A stretch of DNA of 29,341 nucleotides from a virus (lineage: Duplodnaviria > Caudoviricetes): positions 1 to 29,341 of the IMG/VR virus record IMGVR_UViG_3300000868_000018; one strand, 5' to 3'. The position numbers and the translations under genes were made by a program. Positions 25,677 to 29,341 of the stretch are shown one piece after another. Numbering within the stretch: the first letter of the stretch is position 1; the number at the start of each line of letters is the position of its first letter. Under the pieces are notes generated by a model. That model did not search any database and had not been told where the DNA came from. It saw only the letters and a list, made by a program, of their open reading frames with translations.

Positions 25677-26375
25677 ATGGCACAAAGTGACTTTCTATTT
25701 GAGCGGGGCCGAAAGACCACCACCGAAGCACACGGCGAACACAGCTTTGTTTTTGCGAGTGGGGCGCCAGTAACAGACAGCGGGCGGAGCGATTTTGTGT
25801 TCGAGTCAGGCGTCGGGATTGGCGGCAAAGTCATTACTGCGACGCTATATGATGAGGCAGGTAATATACTCGAATCAATCAGTTTAGAGGATAGTACATA
25901 CGATACCGGCGGGTTCGGTGTGCATAGTGGTTATGAAGGGGGTGCGAACTACTGGGACCATTGGCGGCGAGATACAGACGGAACGATCATTGATTCGTGG
26001 GAGGAGGGCGATCTCTCTGCGTATCAAGGCGACACGACTGAGTATGTAGCTACCACAACTCGGGCAAAAGACGGCGCGTACTCGGTGTACGTTGATCCTG
26101 AAACCACCGAATTTTACGGTATCTATAGTCAATCTGGACTTGACTACTACCCGCAACGTGGCGACCCGTTCCGTGGCTGGATCTACACGGAAGATGGGGC
26201 CAACCGCACGGCACTCGTTCGGTTTGCGATCAAGGACTGGGCAAACAATGACTTCTATCAAGTCGGATTCGACCCTGAAGGGGATTTTGTCCTCAGAGGC
26301 CCAGATGGCGATCGTGTCAAGGGTGGCCGGTATGACCAGACTGGAGAGTGGTGGGAGATTCTCGTTGAGTGGTAA
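25677..26375 (+). CDS. Lectin-like beta-sandwich (apparently circularly permuted) with N-terminal FxFxxG repeats
   Basis: Same motif blocks as 24623-25273 in swapped order; AT-richer DNA. Confidence 0.65.
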   Translation: MAQSDFLFERGRKTTTEAHGEHSFVFASGAPVTDSGRSDFVFESGVGIGGKVITATLYDEAGNILESISLEDSTYDTGGFGVHSGYEGGANYWDHWRRDTDGTIIDSWEEGDLSAYQGDTTEYVATTTRAKDGAYSVYVDPETTEFYGIYSQSGLDYYPQRGDPFRGWIYTEDGANRTALVRFAIKDWANNDFYQVGFDPEGDFVLRGPDGDRVKGGRYDQTGEWWEILVEW

Positions 26376-26377
26376 AA

Positions 26378-26671
26378 TCAGTCGAAGTGCGCACGCCACC
26401 ACTCACTTTTTGCCCATCGCTGCGAACAGCCCGGCGCATGTGGGAGCTCGTCGACGCCCGCGCTGGGCGTCTCGGTCAGCTGGACGCGAGCGCCGCAGGC
26501 CTCGCACTCGAGGTATTTGGGTTCGCCCTGCCAGTAGCCGTCGTCGCTCGGGCCCGTCTCGCTGTGGACGATCCGGTAGTGGACCTCGGGCTCCCAGGGC
26601 GTGGCGTGGCCGGGCTGGGGTTGCTGGCGGTCGTGGCCGCGATCGGAGTCGTGGCTTCGGTCGAGACTCAT
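26378..26671 (-). CDS. Zinc-binding hypothetical protein
   Basis: CEACG...HAPGC. Confidence 0.7.
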   Translation of the reverse strand: MSLDRSHDSDRGHDRQQPQPGHATPWEPEVHYRIVHSETGPSDDGYWQGEPKYLECEACGARVQLTETPSAGVDELPHAPGCSQRWAKSEWWRAHFD

Positions 26672-26775
26672 TCTTTGCGGACCGTCGCGTACGGTGCGCC
26701 GTCGCGTCGATCATAGCCGACGGCCAGTTCCCGGCGCGTCTTCGGGACCGAGACCGTTGCTTCGACTTTCTTCAT
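26668..26775 (-). CDS. 35-aa microprotein
   Basis: MKKVEATVSVPKTRRELAVGYDRRDGAPYATVRKE; ATGA overlaps at both ends; GAGGTG SD. Confidence 0.55.
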   Translation of the reverse strand: MKKVEATVSVPKTRRELAVGYDRRDGAPYATVRKE

Positions 26776-27023
26776 GCCATCACCTCGACGAGCAGCTGCT
26801 GGTCTGGCCGTGGCCCCTGGGGTTTGACCATCCCGATCCCCGCGTCGTGGCGGGCGAGCACGCGCAGGACGGCGGGCGGGACGCGATCGATGCCAGCGAC
26901 GAGCGTCAGGTGGACGTGTGGGTCGGTCGGCCCGGTGATCGCGACGTCGACGCCGGCGACGACCGGCAGCGCCTCAAGACTGGACGTGAGCGCCTGGAGA
27001 TCCTCGGCGGAGCGGACGGCCAT
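26772..27023 (-). CDS. Hypothetical protein
   Basis: Coupled operon member; GGAGGTG SD. Confidence 0.65.
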   Translation of the reverse strand: MAVRSAEDLQALTSSLEALPVVAGVDVAITGPTDPHVHLTLVAGIDRVPPAVLRVLARHDAGIGMVKPQGPRPDQQLLVEVMA

Positions 27024-27283
27024 CACTCGCCACCTCCCTGGGCGCGCTCGATCGCATCGGCCAGCGCGTCCAGTTCGGCCGCGTCCAGCTCAAGGGAGAT
27101 CCGCGTGTCCGCGGTCGCGACGTACAACTCCAGGTGGGGCTCGACCGCCGAGAGTGGCTGGTGGTCGGGCGCCTTGATCCGCAGCGTCGCGTCGGTTGCC
27201 GTCGTCATCGAGAGTTTGCCGTCGATGAGCTCGGCCTCGACGCTGACGTCGGGGATCTGCTGGAGCTGGTCGTCGAGGCTCAT
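27023..27283 (-). CDS. Hypothetical protein
   Basis: MSLDDQLQQ...LDAAELDALADAI; GGAGGTGG SD. Confidence 0.7.
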   Translation of the reverse strand: MSLDDQLQQIPDVSVEAELIDGKLSMTTATDATLRIKAPDHQPLSAVEPHLELYVATADTRISLELDAAELDALADAIERAQGGGE

Positions 27284-27468
27284 CGATCCACCTCCGCGCG
27301 CCGGATCTCGTCGGCGGCCTCTTCGAGGGCGGTGACGACAGCGTCCGCGTCGACGCCGGCGTCGATCGCGTCGTAGCCGTAGTCGGCGACGAAATCCAGG
27401 ACGTCCGCGCCATCCTCGGGCTCGTAACTGACGCCGGGCGTCCGGCGCATGGGTTCCTCGGTCGCCAT
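27280..27468 (-). CDS. Small acidic hypothetical protein
   Basis: Overlapping start and stop codons at both ends. Confidence 0.65.
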   Translation of the reverse strand: MATEEPMRRTPGVSYEPEDGADVLDFVADYGYDAIDAGVDADAVVTALEEAADEIRRAEVDR

Positions 27469-27797
27469 CAGATCGACCCTCCGTTATCGATGTGTTCGCC
27501 CAGCTGCTCGTCGACGGCCTCGTCGTCGGCCCACTCCGGCACCGCGCGCTCACCGGTCGCGAACTCACATCTGCGGATGTGCTTGCACTTGCGATCGCGG
27601 TACTGGTGGTCGGCACACTCACAGGCCGGCAGGCGCATGTCGACGAGGTACTCGCTGCCGCTGGCCGAGACGACCAGGTAGAGATCGTCGGCGTGGCGGA
27701 CGCGGCCGATGTCCGCGAGAACGCTCATATACTCGGTCAGCGCCCGAGCGTCGAGTTCAACGTCGTCGGTACTCGAGGCCGTGTCGGCGATCGCCAT
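27468..27797 (-). CDS. SWIM zinc-finger protein
   Basis: YLVD...CECADHQYRDRKCKHI (CxC...CxH). Confidence 0.85.
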   Translation of the reverse strand: MAIADTASSTDDVELDARALTEYMSVLADIGRVRHADDLYLVVSASGSEYLVDMRLPACECADHQYRDRKCKHIRRCEFATGERAVPEWADDEAVDEQLGEHIDNGGSI

Positions 27798-28111
27798 TAG
27801 TGCGCACCTCCGGCGAGCGTCTGCAGCTGTCGGGCGACGATCTCGTCGGCGAGCATCTCCCAGCCGCGCTTGGCGGCGACGTGATCGTACCAGCCGGGCT
27901 GGTCGGCGTCGGGACCGCCGACGGTGTCGTAGGGCGTCTCTTCGAGATCCCAGGTGTCGATCTCGCCGGACTGCTCTTTGACGTAGATCGTCACCGTCTC
28001 ATAGATCGGGGACGTGCAGTAGTGCCGTGCGCCGTCGGCGTCGATGCCGATTAGGGCCGCGCTCGCGGGCACGGAGTCAGTACGCTTTTTCTGTCGGGCG
28101 TTCGTAGCCAT
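27797..28111 (-). CDS. Hypothetical protein, first gene of leftward operon
   Basis: LIGIDADGARHY...YDHVAAKRGW; structured leader upstream. Confidence 0.7.
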   Translation of the reverse strand: MATNARQKKRTDSVPASAALIGIDADGARHYCTSPIYETVTIYVKEQSGEIDTWDLEETPYDTVGGPDADQPGWYDHVAAKRGWEMLADEIVARQLQTLAGGAH

Positions 28112-28114
28112 TGT

Positions 28115-28182
28115 TGCTCTCTCCTGAGAGCACTGTGGTCCGGTGCTGGTACACCGGGCCGCTTCTCACGGACTCGTGCTCT
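28115..28182 (-). promoter_or_regulatory. Structured 5' leader with alternative helices
   Basis: Stems 28115-21/28126-32, 28127-33/28176-82, 28140-45/28152-57, 28159-62/28168-71. Confidence 0.55.
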
Positions 28183-28189
28183 ACTTCAT

Positions 28190-28243
28190 AGTAACACCTC
28201 TATCCTCATAAGTGTAACGGAGTTACACACGGCGTTAGTTACT
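28190..28243. promoter_or_regulatory. Divergent promoter region with palindromic operator GTGTAAC-GGA-GTTACAC
   Basis: Perfect 7-bp IR at 28212-28228; extra half-sites AGTAAC (28190) and GTTACT (28238); AT-rich. Confidence 0.65.
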
Positions 28244-28280
28244 TAGTGATCGGACGAGTATGAACACATATGGGTGAGAT

Positions 28281-28640
28281 ATGAGTATCCCCGATATGGA
28301 CTACCAGCCGGACGATCGCGAACAGCAAGTACTCGACGTCCTCCGCGAGCACGGGCGGGCGACTCCGTACCTCATACGGCAAGAGACAGATATGCGCAAA
28401 GAGTACGTCTCGCGGGCGCTCACGGGGCTGAAGAAAGCCGGTGTCGTCGAGCAGGTGACGCGCGGGCTGTACGACCACGTCCCAGAAATGGACGACGAGT
28501 ACACACACGACCGCGAGCGCGTCGATCTCGATATGCTCCGGCGTGCGCTGGACGACGTCGAAGCCGCGGCCGAGCGGGGCAACGGCGACGCGCTGAAAGA
28601 CGCCCTCGAGCGGGCCCGGGAGGCGATCGGCGATGCTTGA
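28281..28640 (+). CDS. phiH1-repressor-like winged-helix regulator
   Basis: VLDVLREHGRATPYLI...YVSRALTGLKKAGVVEQVTRGLY; divergent from the leftward operon. Confidence 0.75.
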   Translation: MSIPDMDYQPDDREQQVLDVLREHGRATPYLIRQETDMRKEYVSRALTGLKKAGVVEQVTRGLYDHVPEMDDEYTHDRERVDLDMLRRALDDVEAAAERGNGDALKDALERAREAIGDA

Positions 28641-28800
28641 CGAGACCGAACTCACGCGCCGGATCCAGCGCCAGCACCGCGGTGTCGCCGACGTCGATGT
28701 CGAGATTGAGGTCACAGACACCGACGACGAGCGCGCCCGCGAGCTCGCTGACGAACTGGCCGACGCCGTCCACGAACAGTTAGATGAGTCCCGCGCCTGA
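28633..28800 (+). CDS. 55-aa acidic protein coupled to repressor
   Basis: MLDETELTRRIQRQHRGVADVDVEIEV...; overlaps repressor stop; GGAGG SD. Confidence 0.55.
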   Translation: MLDETELTRRIQRQHRGVADVDVEIEVTDTDDERARELADELADAVHEQLDESRA

Positions 28801-28822
28801 CGGCACCGACTCGCCAATCTGC

Positions 28823-29341
28823 TTATAGACTCGCAGTGATCGTCACATCAGCGACGACCTCGCCTGATGGCCTCGCCCCGTATACGGCCGTATTGTCGAA
28901 GATAACCCGATATTCACCCGCCCCAAGCTCGACCGACACCGAGTCTGCAACCGTGTTTTGCGCTCGTCCGTACAGCTGGAAGTCACGATCGCGATCTCGG
29001 TAGCGATCGTACTCACCGTCATCGACGACGAACATATCTATTGCATCGCCACGCGTCACCTCAAACGAGACCGTCAACTCCGCAGCAACCTGTGGCCGGA
29101 ACTGCCGGACTGCGTACCGCCCTTCGGGGATCGTCACTGAGCCGTCGATCTCGACTGATCGTGTCCCCTCGGTCCGCTCGACGTCCCACCCCTCACCATA
29201 GATCCTGTGCTCGGACTGGCTGTTGTCCTGGAGCAGCCACCAGCCACCGAGGCCACCGACTGTGAGAAGCCCGCCACTGAGTAGGAGGTCGCGACGGCTC
29301 AACAGCGTGTACCCTGCCGACTCGTCCGTCGCCTGCGGCTC
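28823..29341 (-). CDS. Membrane-anchored or exported beta-sandwich protein (5' end may lie outside window)
   Basis: Frame open to window edge; SRRDLL plus hydrophobic segment; IDMFVVD...GEYRVIFDN GOLD-like pattern. Confidence 0.65.
   Translation of the reverse strand, partial: EPQATDESAGYTLLSRRDLLLSGGLLTVGGLGGWWLLQDNSQSEHRIYGEGWDVERTEGTRSVEIDGSVTIPEGRYAVRQFRPQVAAELTVSFEVTRGDAIDMFVVDDGEYDRYRDRDRDFQLYGRAQNTVADSVSVELGAGEYRVIFDNTAVYGARPSGEVVADVTITASL

Larger units (their letters stand above)
1..28800. mobile_element. Haloarchaeal tailed virus/provirus (Caudoviricetes, siphovirus-like, probably temperate); boundaries not visible
   Basis: Gene order TerS-TerL-portal-protease-MCP-neck-tail tube-chaperone-TMP-tip; acidic proteome; divergent repressor region; no sheath gene. 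Confidence 0.93.

Noticed and set aside
23157-26375. Invertible tail-fibre locus (phiCh1-type) or diversity-generating retroelement
   Set aside because: No recombinase or reverse transcriptase, no inverted fibre copy, no near-identical template/variable repeat seen
28127-28182. tRNA gene or tRNA-derived att site
   Set aside because: Only two internal arms, no anticodon arm, no TTC T-loop
29230-29302. Tat signal peptide SRRDLL at a TTG start
   Set aside because: Frame stays open to the window edge, so the true N-terminus is unknown; not asserted

Overview
The window is a near-complete late region of a temperate haloarchaeal tailed virus or provirus (GC-rich DNA, very acidic proteins; siphovirus-like because no tail sheath gene is seen). 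From left to right: the end of an early/middle region (HTH proteins, a DPPH-type methyltransferase, Cys-rich microproteins, an HTH-metallophosphoesterase); a cluster of small membrane proteins; terminase small and large subunits; a portal fused to a C-terminal KTSC domain; an XkdF-like prohead protease/scaffold; major capsid protein; neck genes; tail tube; a tail chaperone with a G GGA AAC -1 frameshift; an inserted Zn-ribbon membrane gene; tape measure; tail tip and fibre genes, including two lower-GC lectin-like genes that look like circular permutants. It ends with a leftward operon (with a SWIM protein) and a divergent phiH-repressor-like gene sharing a structured control region. No integrase, att site, tRNA or CRISPR array is visible. 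All family calls are by-eye motif recognition; no searches were run.
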